The translations under genes and the position numbers were made by a program. Shown piece by piece: positions 63,262 to 64,000 of a stretch of 64,000 nt of DNA. A model generated the notes under the pieces. The model saw only the letters and a program-made list of their open reading frames with translations, had not been told where the DNA came from and ran no database searches. Each line of letters opens with the position of its first letter. Positions within the stretch are counted from its first letter, which is position 1. Source of the DNA: Kondoa subrosea (Eukaryota); the NCBI GenBank assembly GCA_039545335.1, contig BCIN01000005.1:310001-374000 (forward strand), in the 5' to 3' direction.

Positions 63262-63729
63262 TCCAGCGGAAAGATGTAGAACCGGTGCGCATTAATCTGC
63301 TGGCAATTTTCGAGGCTCAATCCCGCCTGTCAGCTCATCTCGCTTCAGGCAGCACCTGTGTACAGCAGCAGCAGTAATCCTGGTATTAAACTGAAAATTT
63401 GGCTTCAATAATCCTTGTTGCTACCAATACTCCGCAATCGCTCAAGTCACAAGCAATGTATGTATTCTGCTCTCGGCGCGCAAGCTAGCCTCATCTTTCG
63501 GAACGATAGTATTAGCTGATTACCTCCTGGTCGGCTATCAGCCTATAGTACGATTCGGGCTTTTGTTTCAGCCATGCGTATTCAATCATTCGAATCTTTC
63601 AGTGCGGAGAAACAAGACATAACGCATTGAGGCATTTTCTCTCGCCACACATGCTCAGCAGCACTTCTATCACATTCCTCCTCTTCTCTTCTACCATATC
63701 AATTCAAATAAGGAAAGGAGAGAAACAAT

Positions 63730-63937
63730 ATGATCGCGACTATCACTTTAATCAATAGTAAGCGGATTCGCTGTGGTAAACGGAAGTCTTGCTGATGTAG
63801 CTTCTGTAGACTGCGGCGGAGATTGTAAATGCGGAAACGATTGCTCTTGCAATGGGTGCACTAGTAAGGATCGCTCAATAAGACCTAAGAGACAAAAAGC
63901 TGATTCCATTTGTCATTTTGTAGAGCACGGCCGATAA
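63730..63937 (+). CDS. Metallothionein, 31 aa, three exons (63730-63757, 63810-63863, 63924-63937)
   Basis: Splicing two GTAAG...GCTGAT...TAG introns gives MIATITLINNCGGDCKCGNDCSCNGCTKHGR* with six Cys (Cx3CxCx3CxCx2C). Confidence 0.85.
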
Positions 63938-64000
63938 GAGAACTCGTCGGAGAAGTCTATCGTGCTCACACTTGGATAAGTTTTGGTGAGTCTCTGCCAT

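Noticed and set aside
1..64000. CRISPR array, tRNA, rRNA or LTR element
   Set aside because: No repeat-spacer periodicity, cloverleaf, rRNA signature or RT/integrase motif seen by eye.

Overview
Intron-rich fungal chromosome segment (short GT-AG introns with CTGAY/CTAAY branch sites; gene content suggests a basidiomycete, possibly Pucciniomycotina, which is an inference). It holds about 24 protein-coding genes: MSH2, snurportin-1-like, an FMN alpha-hydroxy-acid oxidase, an FBH1/UvrD-like helicase, RAD17, two tandem P450s, two C2H2 factors, POP7/Rpp20, an eEF3-family ABC ATPase, an NDR kinase, a CAP64/CAS3-like SGNH protein, a START protein, DUF3602, a phytochrome, an LtrA-family membrane protein, an F-box protein, RPAIN-like and several hypotheticals. 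Most notable observations: (1) two inverted ALKBH1-like copies form ~1.5-kb inverted repeats around a ~22.6-kb, seven-gene interval, with a homogenised central tract; (2) a ~290-nt densely base-paired intergenic element at ~53.5-53.8 kb, a candidate structured ncRNA; (3) an NDR kinase with an intron-split CRIB motif; (4) a three-exon 31-aa metallothionein missed by the ORF track; (5) 6-7-nt micro-exons carrying conserved residues. I saw no tRNA, rRNA, CRISPR array or recognisable transposon. Gene boundaries were spliced by eye and are approximate.
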